Shown here: positions 1-11,500 of the stretch, piece after piece
Layout: every line of letters starts with the position of its first letter
How positions within the stretch are numbered: position 1 is the first letter of the stretch
Source: Amphiscolops sp. MND2022
Lineage: Eukaryota
DNA length: 64,000 bases
Reading direction: 5' to 3'
Assembly (NCBI GenBank): GCA_964187785.1
Contig: OZ076409.1
Span: 5,954,001 to 6,018,000 of the forward strand
Notes under the pieces: model-generated
Told to the model about the DNA's origin: nothing
Seen by the model: the letters and a program-made list of their open reading frames with translations, nothing else
The model's database searches: none
Translations under genes and position numbers: made by a program

Positions 1-3
1 TTG

Positions 4-1416
4 CTATAGCTTTTGCGCGGTGATACAGCGTACCATTGCTATGTTCGTGTCTTCTGGTCCAATTTCTCCGAAAACCATCGATGGTGGGAGTGGAGGAATT
101 ATAGCGGCTAAGGTAATTTCAAGTCCACTCTTATCATGCCGCGTCCACTCTTTGAATCGATAGGCAGGACAGTCTGAAGGTGATGTCTCGTGCACAGCCT
201 TCAAAGTGGTTTCCAATGGTGGGATCACACCTGGTTCAATGCTCGAGTATGTCTTTTCTACTGTAATGAGAATATGGTGTACTTGTGGACCGTCCTGGTT
301 TTCAGTCTGTATGGCCCAGATTGTACGTTGTTCATGGTCTTCAAAAGTATCCTCTTCAGCTAAAATGGGGGTGAGAGCGCCCACTCCCCGGGCCAATTGG
401 TCGTCCGGTGGTTTTCGTTCGATTAGGTTGACTCAACTACAGTAGCGGGAACCACATGTTCCGCACCGGTATCGTGGTGCCCTGTTACGTCGTAGTTGGT
501 AAGGTGGGGGTTGTGAAGGTGTTGGTGGTTGTGCTTCTCGCTCCTCTGGTGACCTACTTTCCGCAATGTCGGGTAGTGTCATAGCACGTTCTAAAGTTTG
601 TGATTGAATTCTAGTTTCTGTTCTTCCTCTCGATCGAGTGTATGGTCTGTTTTGTTGTGTGAGTGCTCTGCTTGATGAAGTGGTGCTTCCTCTTCTACGA
701 CCTAGAGGTCTACCTCTTGGTCTGCCCCTCCTGCTTGCAGTTCTCCCGGGTTTTGGTAATGCTTCAATGTTTCGGTCAGATTCTTGGATTTCTTCGTTGT
801 ATTCTTCTTGGGGTTCAGCTTCCTGTGCAAGTTCTAGTCTTCCCGAGCTACCATTTTGAGAACTGTATGATGGAAAGTTACTCAAAGTGTCGGTAAGGGC
901 TGGGTTCGACAGTAGTGGTGCCGAAGTTCCTGATGGTGAGGGTATTAGGCTCTGTGGTTGTTCGGGCAAGACTTCTTCCTGATCTGAGAACAATGGTTCC
1001 AGGTCGTCAATGTCAGGGAAAACCACTGGTTGCTGTGTTTCTGGAGAAGGTGGTGCTATTGGTTCTTGGTCAGATTCTGATTCGGATGGATATCCAAAAT
1101 GGCTAAATCGCCTGCGTGGGATTCCTTATTGCAAAGCGGATTGAGTGCGTGTTTGAATTGTGAGGGGTGGAACGGGTGCAGTTGGTACCATTTCGAATGA
1201 TGCCTCTGGCAGTTGTTCTGGAAGGAACGAGTCACACGATATGTCCGATGTAATTTCCTCATTGCTTTCTTCTGCGTATGGGTCTGCAATGATGGCGACG
1301 TTCTGGTCTGGTCCAAATGGTTGGTGTGTTGCCCAATCCCAGGATGCAGGCACATGCTCCTTCAATCGCTCAAAATGGACTTTTTTGGCCTGTATCCCAT
1401 ACGTATAGTCGTCCAT
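4..1416 (-). pseudogene. Long post-integrase C-terminal extension of element 1 pol (broken ORFs 1126-1416, 433-1026, 4-396)
   Basis: Begins with integrase-tail VHFERLK, continues through acidic/Pro/Arg-rich low-complexity sequence and YQLRRNR..RCGTCGSRYC; interrupted by stops. Confidence 0.6.
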
Positions 1417-2480
1417 CTTGTAGCACGTCTGTGACCTTTATGAGGCCCGCGCCAGGCGCGGAGAAGCTTGCGGGTACCGCCCTTGGGAATTATATGGCAG
1501 AAAACCCAAACGGCGTCGCCTACGGCGTGTGCTTTTGCTTTCAAGTGTCGATCAAACTTCTGTTTCTGTCGTACCTGCGCCTGGTGCGTGTTTCTGCGAA
1601 CAAGTTCGTGAATTTCCTGTTGTCTGGCGAGTAGGTGTTCTACAAATTCTTCCTTAGACTCGAATTCTCGTGCTGCAAACTCGGGATATATGAACGAGAG
1701 CGGAATGGATTTTTCCGCGCCATGTTGGAGCATGTACGGAGAGAACCCAGTTGTAGCATGCCTGGTTGAACTGTAGGCACCCAGGACTCCATCTATGTCC
1801 TCGTCCAAGTCGAGCATTCTGCGAGAAGTGTAGACTCGGAGCAGAGTGAGCAATGTTTTGTTTTGTCGTTCCACCAGGCCATTGCCTCTTGGGTGTGCTG
1901 GAGTCGATGTCACTTTAGTTTTTTGCGAGGCTTTCATCAGTTCCTGTGCAATTTCCGCGGTGAAGTTGGTGGCGTTGTCTGACTGCATCCTGGCGGGGGT
2001 GCCATGTCTTGCAAACCATTTATTCAAAATGATCTTCGCAGTTGTCTGGGCGTCGTATTCATCATGTGCACATGGAATCGCCTCTGCAAACTTAGTGGAA
2101 TGGTCGATAATGACTAGCAGTCCATTGTTTCCTGACGTTGTTTTGCACAGTTTCAAGTGGTCAAACTGCACTAGGTCGTTGAAATTGCTGCTGTTAATAC
2201 TTTGTAGGGGGTAGCAGGGATTTCCAGCGGGGTGTTTTGTCTGTTGGCACGTTAAGCAGTGCTTAATGTGATTGACGACATCACGCTTGATGCCTGGCCA
2301 AGTGTGGCGCTCGTGGATCCTTGCCAGCACTTTGCCAACACCTTGGTGTCCTGATTCATCATGCGCTCGGTATAAAATCTCGTGTTGGTACAATTGAGGC
2401 ATGACAATCATACACGGTCTTACATGCATCGCACGTTGCTGTGCAATGTAATTGACGCACAAGATGTCATTCTGGTTCAA
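1362..2480 (-). CDS. pol: Gypsy integrase (element 1)
   Basis: HHCC motif (AHDESGHQG...CLTC), core motifs FDHL, SDNATNF and HPRGNGLVER, and a W-GP-like tail. Confidence 0.9.
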   Translation of the reverse strand: MNQNDILCVNYIAQQRAMHVRPCMIVMPQLYQHEILYRAHDESGHQGVGKVLARIHERHTWPGIKRDVVNHIKHCLTCQQTKHPAGNPCYPLQSINSSNFNDLVQFDHLKLCKTTSGNNGLLVIIDHSTKFAEAIPCAHDEYDAQTTAKIILNKWFARHGTPARMQSDNATNFTAEIAQELMKASQKTKVTSTPAHPRGNGLVERQNKTLLTLLRVYTSRRMLDLDEDIDGVLGAYSSTRHATTGFSPYMLQHGAEKSIPLSFIYPEFAAREFESKEEFVEHLLARQQEIHELVRRNTHQAQVRQKQKFDRHLKAKAHAVGDAVWVFCHIIPKGGTRKLLRAWRGPHKGHRRATRWTTIRMGYRPKKSILSD

Positions 2481-3220
2481 GAACAGTAAATCTTTCTTTT
2501 GATGTTAGTAGCGTTTGGCAAAGTCTTGCACGTCTTCTGAGAACATGCTATCATCCAGTGGTTCATTCTTCATGAAGGAAGGCGGCGTGAAAAGGAATGA
2601 AGTCTCGATAGTTTTTTCAGCGCCAGAATGTGAACATCCCTATTTTGAGCTAAATGCAGATCTTTCAATCCGCGCATTGTCGACTGATGCTCGTGAAGTT
2701 CAGTCCCGACCAGTCTGAGGATATCAGCCTGTTCTTGACACTGCATAGGCAATAGCCTTAAGGCTGGGTCACGTTTGGTGGTGTCAAGACGTGCCGGCGG
2801 CACGTTGGTTGTTACACTGAGGATACAATTCAGTCTGTCGTCTTCAGTTGAAGTTGGGGTTGTTTCCCATTGTACCTGTTGGTACCATGGTATGGACTTC
2901 AGGTTTGGATCTGAGGTTGAATTCTCTTTCGGTCTCTTCTTCAAAATGTAGAGCACAGGGAGTTGTGCTCGGGCTTCGGGCAGAAGTTCCGGGTGGTTAG
3001 GAATGAATTTTCCCTGTTTGTCGATATATGGCACAGTGGGGAGTTCTTCGTAGTCTTTTTAGGACATGAAACTGAATCCTTTGCTCACTTCCGGTAGTTT
3101 TTCTACGATCTTCTCCCAATGCACGTAGTCGTGGGTCCTCTTGCTGAGACCATCTGCATTTCTGTGTCGCGTGCGTGGTCTGTGGATCGTTTTGAAATGA
3201 AATTGGTCTAAACGCGCAAT

Positions 3221-4541
3221 TCAGCGTCCAATCATGGCCTGATCCATCGAATATGTTTTCAGCCACGAGAGAGCCTGGTTATCCACGCGCAGCGTGAATT
3301 CCCGACCCGCAAGGTAGGGATGGAGTTTCTCAATGAAATAGAAAACAGCATACATCTCTAGTTTTGGGGCGCCATAATTCAATTGTGTTCGAGTCAGTGA
3401 TTTGCTACCATAAACGATGGGACGAAGAATGGTCTTTCTCTGATATTCTTGTTCTTGGTGCAGTATGCCGGTTATAGCGACCGCGCTGGCGTCCGTATCC
3501 AAAACGAAACGTCCTTCATCGTTTGGCGCTGCCAAGGCTGTGGCGTCAGCTAGTGCTTGTTTCACTAAATCAAATGCTTCCTGGTGCTTCTCGTTCCAGT
3601 AGAAGTGTTGATTCTTCCTCAACAGCTCCTGCATAAGCTGTACCTTTGCGGCGTGAAAAGGAATGAAGTCTCGGTAGTAGTAGTTCGCAAATCCAAGGAA
3701 GCTTTGTAGCTCTTCTCTATTTCTCGGGGGCATCCACTCTTGGATTTTGCTTACTGCAGACGGGTCTGGCTTTATCCCTTCGGAGGAAACCACTCTTCCG
3801 GGGTATTTAGTCTCGGTGCGCATAAAGTCGCATTTCTCGGCTCGCATCTTGAAGCCGGCCTCTCTGAGACATTCAAATACTTCTCTGATTCTTTCCAAAT
3901 GGTCTTCAATAGTTTCGGTTGCTATCACTATGTCGTTGATGTATGCCATGATAACACTTCCATGTCGTTGTTGCATCTTTTGAAGAGCTCTTGCGATTGA
4001 TCGTTGAAAGGTGGTCGATGCATTGCATAACCCAAAGGGCATTCGTCGCCATTCGAAAAGGCCAAGCTCACATGCAAATGCGGTCTTTCTGCGGTCACAC
4101 TTTTTCAATGGAATCTGCCGAAAGGCCCACGCCAAATCAATGCTAGTAAAGATCTTTGCATTTCCAATCCTCGAGAGGCTTTCATCCATCCTGGGCAATG
4201 GGAACGCATCTTTCACAGTTAAAGCATTTAGCGGGCGGAAGTCACAGCAAAAGCGAAGCTCGCCTGATTTCTTTTTTACCAAGACTATGCCACTGGCCCA
4301 CGGAGAGTAGTTAGGGTTGAATCAGACCAAGAGCCAGCAAGTTTTGCACTTCCTGATTGGCTTTTGCCGCCTTGTCAGGAGACATTCGTCTAGCTCCTTC
4401 CCGGTGTGGTATAGCCTCCGGCTCTAACTCTATTCTATGCTTTGCTATTTTACACTTGCCTATGTCAGACTTGTTTTTCAAAAATAAATCTTCGTACTCA
4501 GTTAAAATGACATCTAATTTATCTCTCGCCTCTTCCCCCAT
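3221..4541 (-). pseudogene. pol: Reverse transcriptase/RNase H, copy 1
   Basis: LRFCCDFRPLN, MPFGLCNA, YIND (damaged YxDD), LDTDAS; in-frame stops. Confidence 0.9.
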
Positions 4542-4968
4542 GAAGAAACGACGAGGAAAGGTCAGGGCCTGGGATTGCTTTTAGCAATTGAGGATCTGTA
4601 CATTTTCTCTTTTCATTTTCTGACAAGCCTATCTCAGATGGTTCCGTTGAAGACAAGAAGTTTTGGGCGAAGAAACTGTATTCTGAATTAGTGTCCAAAT
4701 CAATATCTTTATGTATTCGATTTACAAATTCCTTCGTAAGCTTCGAAGCTTCACAGACACTCTGCATAGGAACAGGATTTAACACAAAAGTAGTCAGCAT
4801 TGCTTTTCCAATTGCAGTTTGTTCTTAAATTCTTACCCGTTCGTTTGGTTTCGCAGGGCTATGAATACTATACCCCCTTCCCCCACGGAAGTTAGTGTAT
4901 CTTCTGAAACAAAGACTGAACTGGATTTCATGCTACATGATAGGACCATTACATTACGGAAGTGAAAT

Positions 4969-5613
4969 TCATCCGGTTGTTGTGTTATGATTTTCGCGCG
5001 TACCACTTTTCTTTCGAAAGGCCCTAGGACTTACTTCTTCAGTGGAAACGACAAACGATGACTCATTGTCACTTACCTCATGGACGGTTTCAAACGTTCT
5101 AGGCGTTTTGGGATCACGAATTGTCACCTTCATTACCGTGAGATCCACCAACACGTTGTATGTGCGCAGGAAATTTCTACCTAGGAGAAAGTCCTCTGAT
5201 CCAATGTGATCAGCTATGACTACGAAGTTGGTTTTCAGAGTATATCCGCCGAGCTGAAAGTTCACATCTTCTGCGATGCCAACGGTGGTGGTACTCTTGC
5301 CATTAGCAGCGAATAGTTCATTGTCGTATGGTGATAGATTCAGCTCATGTTGGGATGCGATCTTCTTGTATGCACTCAGTGAAAGAATGGAGACTCCCGA
5401 GCCGGTGTTTATCATGCCGAAAAGTGGTATCGGTTTTTGTAAAAGAGTGCCGAATGCAACGAATAGCGAGGCTCGCTTATCAATCTGTGCTTCTCCTTGT
5501 GCATCTTGCACTTCAATGTTGTAACAGCGCAGTTCTTGCCTACTCAAATAAAGGCCTTGAGAAAAGTGTCCTTCCAGGACTACAATCGCATCGAATCTCG
5601 TCCACTCCGTCAA
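4969..5613 (-). pseudogene. pol: Aspartic protease region, copy 1
   Basis: MINTGS (damaged DTGS) and FLLGRNFL. Confidence 0.8.
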
Positions 5614-6552
5614 TCGTGATGGCTATGGGGACCGGCGCGATTGACTTGACCTTTTGTACTTGGGCTAGCTTGGTCTCGTCACTTCTGGTGAAGTGTGGCA
5701 AGTGTCTCGAAGCTATTGTGAGGTTTGTGTTGCGACACAGTTCTTCCTTCAATTGAGCCAATGTGAGTTCGGGACGTGCTTTCTGTTCGGCGGATAAAAG
5801 CAAGTGTATTGATATGAGCGTTTCGGTACAATTGGGTGCTGGGGCTTCAAGCGTGGTGAGATTTTGTTTTTCACCACAGGTCACAACCACAGGACGTGAG
5901 GGGCCTCCTTCTTCAGATGTTGATATCACCCGTATTTCATCTTCGGTGTTCGTAATAGAATGTGAACATCCCTATTTTGAGCTAAATGCAGATCTTTCAA
6001 TCCGCGCATTGTCGACTGATGCTCGTAAAGTTCAGTCCCGACCAGTCTGAGGATATCAGCCTGTTCTTGACACTGCATAGGCAATAGCCTTAAGGCTGGG
6101 TCACGTTTGGTGGTGTCAAGACGTGCCGGCGGCACGTTGGTTGTTACACTGAGGATACAATTCAGCCTGTCGTCTTCAGTTGAAGTTGGGGTTGTTTCCC
6201 ATTGTACCTGTTGGTACCATGGTATGGACTTCAGGTTTGGATCTGAGGTTGAATTCTCTTTCGGTCTCTTCTTCAAAATGTAGAGCACAGGGAGTTGTGT
6301 TCGGGCTTCGGGCAGAAGTTCCGGGTGGTTAGGAATGAATTTTCCCTGTTTGTCGATATATGGCACAGTGGGGAGTTCTTCGTAGTCTTTTTGGGACATG
6401 AAACTGAATCCTTTGCTCACTTCCGGTAGTTTTTCTACGATCTTCTCCCAATGCACGTAGTCGTGGGTCCTCTTGCTGAGACCATCTGCATTTCTGTGTC
6501 GCGTGCGTGGTCTGTGGATCGTTTTGAAATGAAATTGGTCTAAACGCGCAAT

Positions 6553-7869
6553 TCAGCGTCCAATCATGGCCTGATCCATCGAATATGTTTTCAGCCACGA
6601 GAGAGCCTGGTTATCCACGCGCAGCGTGAATTCCCGACCCGCAAGGTAGGGATGGAGTTTCTCAATGAAATAGAAAACAGCATACATCTCTAGTTTTGGG
6701 GCGCCATAATTCAATTGTGTTCGAGTCAGTGATTTGCTACCATAAACGATGGGACGAAGAATGGTCTTTCCCTGATATTCTTGTTCTTGGTGCAGTATGC
6801 CGGTTATAGCGACCGCGCTGGCGTCCGTATCCAAAACGAAACGTCCTTCATCGTTTGGCGCTGCCAAGGCTGTGGCGTCAGCTAGTGCTTGTTTCACTAA
6901 ATCAAATGCTTCCTGGTGCTTCTCGTTCCAGTAGAAGTGTTGATTCTTCCTCAACAGCTCCTGCATAAGCTGTACCTTTGCGGCGTGAAAAGGAATGAAG
7001 TCTCGGTAGTAGTTCGCAAATCCAAGGAAGCTTTGTAGCTCTTCTCTATTTCTCGGGGGCATCCACTCTTGGATTTTGCTTACTGCAGACGGGTCTGGCT
7101 TTATCCCTTCGGAGGAAACCACTCTTCCGGGGTATTTAGTCTCGGTGCGCATAAAGTCGCATTTCTCGGCTCGCATCTTGAAGCCGGCCTCTCTGAGACA
7201 TTCAAATACTTCTCTGATTCTTTCCAAATGGTCTTCAATAGTTTCGGTTGCTATCACTATGTCGTTGATGTATGCCATGATAACACTTCCATGTCGTTGT
7301 TGCATCTTTTGAAGAGCTCTTGCGATTGATCGTTGAAAGGTGGTCGATGCATTGCATAACCCAAAGGGCATTCGTCGCCATTCGAAAAGGCCAAGCTCAC
7401 ATGCAAATGCGGTCTTTCTGCGGTCACACTTTTTCAATGGAATCTGCCGAAAGGCCCACGCCAAATCAATGCTAGTAAAGATCTTTGCATTTCCAATCCT
7501 CGAGAGGTTTCATCCATCCTGGGCAATGGGAACGCATCTTTCACAGTTAAAGCATTTAGCGGGCGGAAGTCACAGCAAAAGCGAAGCTCGCCTGATTTCT
7601 TTTTTACCAAGACTATGCCACTGGCCCACGGAGAGTAGTTAGGGTTGAATCAGACCAAGAGCCAGCAAGTTTCGCACTTCCTGATTGGCTTTTGCCGCCT
7701 TGTCAGGAGACATTCGTCTAGCTCCTTCCCGGTGTGGTATAGCCTCCGGCTCTAACTCTATTCTATGCTTTGCTATTTTACACTTGCCTATGTCAGACTT
7801 GTTTTTCAAAAATAAATCTTCGTACTCAGTTAAAATGACATCTAATTTATCTCTCGCCTCTTCCCCCAT
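6553..7869 (-). pseudogene. pol: Reverse transcriptase/RNase H, copy 2
   Basis: Same motifs as copy 1 plus an extra frameshift near 7507. Confidence 0.9.
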
Positions 7870-8296
7870 GAAGAAACGACGAGGAAAGGTCAGGGCCTGG
7901 GATTGCTTTTAGCAATTGAGGATCTGTACATTTTCTCTTTTCATTTTCTGACAAGCCTATCTCAGACGGTTCCGTTGAAGACAAGAAGTTTTGGGCGAAG
8001 AAACTGTATTCTGAATTAGTGTCCAAATCAATATCTTTATGTATTCGATTTACAAATTCCTTCGTAAGCTTCGAAGCTTCACAGACACTCTGCATAGGAA
8101 CAGGATTTAACACAAAAGTAGTCAGCATTGCTTTTCCAATTGCAGTTTGTTCTTAAATTCTTACCCGTTCGTTTGGTTTCGCAGGGCTATGAATACTATA
8201 CCCCCTTCCCCCACGGAAGTTAGTGTATCTTCTGAAACAAAGACTGAACTGGATTTCATGCTACATGATAGGACCATTACATTACGGAAGTGAAAT

Positions 8297-8941
8297 TCAT
8301 CCGGTTGTTGTGTTATGATTTTCGCGCGTACCACTTTTCTTTCGAAAGGCCCTAGGACTTACTTCTTCAGTGGAAACGACAAACGATGACTCATTGTCAC
8401 TTACCTCATGGACGGTTTCAAACGTTCTAGGCGTTTTGGGATCACGAATTGTCACCTTCATTACCGTGAGATCCACCAACACGTTGTATGTGCGCAGGAA
8501 ATTTCTACCTAGGAGAAAGTCCTCTGATCCAATGTGATCAGCTATGACTACGAAGTTGGTTTTCAGAGTATATCCGCCGAGCTGAAAGTTCACATCTTCT
8601 GCGATGCCAACGGTGGTGGTACTCTTGCCATTAGCAGCGAATAGTTCATTGTCGTATGGTGATAGATTCAGCTCATGTTGGGATGCGATCTTCTTGTATG
8701 CACTCAGTGAAAGAATGGAGACTCCCGAGCCGGTGTTTATCATGCCGAAAAGTGGTATCGGTTTTTGTAAAAGAGTGCCGAATGCAACGAATAGCGAGGC
8801 TCGCTTATCAATCTGTGCTTCTCCTTGTGCATCTTGCACTTCAATGTTGTAACAGCGCAGTTCTTGCCTACTCAAATAAAGGCCTTGAGAAAAGTGTCCT
8901 TCCAGGACTACAATCGCATCGAATCTCGTCCACTCCGTCAA
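8297..8941 (-). pseudogene. pol: Aspartic protease region, copy 2
   Basis: Translation identical to 4969-5613. Confidence 0.8.
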
Positions 8942-11500
8942 TCGTGATGGCTATGGGGACCGGCGCGATTGACTTGACCTTTTGTACTTGGGCTAGCTTG
9001 GTCTCGTCACTTCTGGTGAAGTGTGGCAAGTGTCTCGAAGCTATTGTGAGGTTTGTGTTGCGACACAGTTCTTCCTTCAATTGAGCCAATGTGAGTTCGG
9101 GACGTGCTTTCTGTTCGGCGGATAAAAGCAAGTGTATTGATATGAGCGTTTCGGTACAATTGGGTGCTGGGGCTTCAAGCGTGGTGAGATTTTGTTTTTC
9201 ACCACAGGTCACAACCACAGGACGTGAGGGGCCTCCTTCTTCAGATGTTGATATCACCCGTATTTGATCTTCGGTGTTTGGAAAGTCTGCTGAACTCGTG
9301 ACTGGGGCGTACCACGCCGCTTGTACTTGTTCTTCTGTTACTGCATTTTCATGCACCATACAGTCAGATGCCACATGACCCGCGCGGCCGCAATTGATAC
9401 AAAATGGTGTTGTTCCTTGTTCTGGTAGGGCTGCGGGCGTCATATTGTCATTCATACCACGTGGGTTCGATGGGCACACCCATTCTCCGGTCATGTTCAA
9501 TCCACAGGAGTTGACTACCTGCTGTACGGGTTTCCGTGCTTGGTCCTTCGTGGAACAATCAGCCACGAAGTGCGAGGGGTCTCCACAGTTGAAACATGTT
9601 CGCTGCGATTGTTGTCTGAAGGCTGCGGGTTGTTGCGGGATTTGTTGGGCATTGGACGGCACTTGAGCGGCTGTTGCCTGTATCTGGTTTTGTTGATTGG
9701 CTGAAGCAGGTTGTTGTAGTAGTTGTTGTAGAGGTGCAGGAAAAGTCCCCGGACGGGCCGAACCACGCATGCGCAGGTACTGTTGTACTGTGAATCGTAG
9801 GGCTTCCACCGTTGGGGGTGTATTCACGTACTGCTCTTGCGCATACATGAGTGCGAGGTTGCGCTTCAACTCGAAACTGCGTACTCCTTCAAAAAAACTT
9901 TGCATGATTTCGTAGCGTCTCACCACAACTTCCTCGTTGGGAAAACCTTGGCTGCGCAAGCCTTCCAATGCATCCAAGTATTGCATGTAATCTTCGTCAG
10001 GAGATTGGTTACGCGTGCGCAACTGTTGTTGTATTTGGATCTTGTTGGATCCTGTTCCGAATCTTCTCGCTAGCAGTGCGAAGACTTGTTCGTCTGTATC
10101 GCGTTCTGCTTCTGATTTATTCGTGATGTAATCCCTTTCTTCGATTTCTAGAAATTCCACAATAGTCCATGCTCTGTCTAGTGGGGTGTCCTTAGCTTGA
10201 GCGTTTTCTAGATAACGCTTCATTAGCATGAGCCAACCGTCCACTATGCCATCTCGCGTACGGTATTTGGTTGGTTTGTTCTTGGTGGCTTTTGTGGCTA
10301 GCAACGGTTCCAGACCTTTTGACATTGCTGTGGTTATTGCTTCGGCTAACGCTTGGTTGTGTATTGCGTTCGGAGTGTCATCTTTAGTGACTCCTTCAGT
10401 TGTCGTGGGGTTCAGATTCTTTAAACAGTTTTTCTTTGCGTTCTAGAGGCCAACGGCCGTGGTGGATCGTTATTGTAGGATAGTGCTGAGCGTTTCATGC
10501 CGGGGTTCGTTGTGCCATTGTCGCTGTTATCTCCGATATTCGTCTCTCGGTCAGGTCCTTGACTGTTGCCATGGCCATCTCTATCTTGCCTTGGTTAACG
10601 CGTCCTTCCAACTGTATTTCTTTTACTTCCTTTCGCAACTCGTCCATTTCCATCATTAAGACTTCTGCTCTTTGGACATGGTCGCTATTCTCCTTGGTCA
10701 GCTTTGTTTGGACCTGTTTCAATTGCTCCATACCATGTCCAAATTCTTTCCTTATGGCTTCAGTTTCTTTGATGCCTCTGGTAATGGCCGAATTGGGAGA
10801 TGCCACATTGCCGGCATCGGAATGCTGAGAGGTTGCTGTACATTCGTGTCGCAATGTGTTGGGACCCAGCAATGGTGGTGTTGCGAAGGTATAGTTTTGA
10901 AGTGTCACTTCTTTTCTGGTCTTCCGTTTCCCCAGCTTGCTTTCTGATCGCGGTGTCGCCCAAAGTGTTTCTGCTAGCTTCAAATATCGGGATTCCAGAA
11001 CCCAGCAAGTCCGGCTTCGTGACTGAGTGAGGTGTAATCTCTCCCAAAGTCATGCCCACATTCATGTTATCCACCCATTTGTTAATGCTTGAGCTCGTCG
11101 CTACTTCTCTGTCGAGTTCGGCCAGTCCCCGGTTGCAATCACGGAGGCATTCAGAGGCGGCCACACATTGTCGTTGTTTATGGGAGTCTGGTTGGCAATT
11201 TCAGCGCTATCTGGAGACGCTTGCGAGGAATTGGATTGGTTTGCTTGCGCGATGCGTAAATTTTGCTCGGCGTTAGATACGTTATCTGACAATTCGTCGT
11301 CTAAAAATATGTTAGTGATCGATCATGCCTGTTGGTGCTACTTCTACTTGTGTGCTGAGCCTATGCCAATCCTCTATGTCGCTTGCGAATGGGTTGGTGG
11401 CGTGGAAGCTATTAGTTTCCCAAAGTGCTTCATTCGACGGTATTGAGTTTTCCCATTCACTCCAACTCATTTTCGTTCGTTTGATCTTTTGCTTTTTCAC
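8868..11500 (-). pseudogene. gag: Gag of element 1 (main ORF 8868-10325; frameshifted N-terminal pieces up to 11500)
   Basis: Retrotransposon capsid-like helical region and two CCHC knuckles (CFNCGDPSHFVADC, CINCGRAGHVASDC); coiled-coil upstream fragments. Confidence 0.85.

Larger units (their letters stand above)
2625..5950. repeat. Tandem duplication copy 1 (gag end-PR-RT-RH)
   Basis: Near-identical to 5957-9278; about 10 differences by eye. Confidence 0.95.
5957..9278. repeat. Tandem duplication copy 2
   Basis: Near-identical to 2625-5950 and contiguous with gag. Confidence 0.95.
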
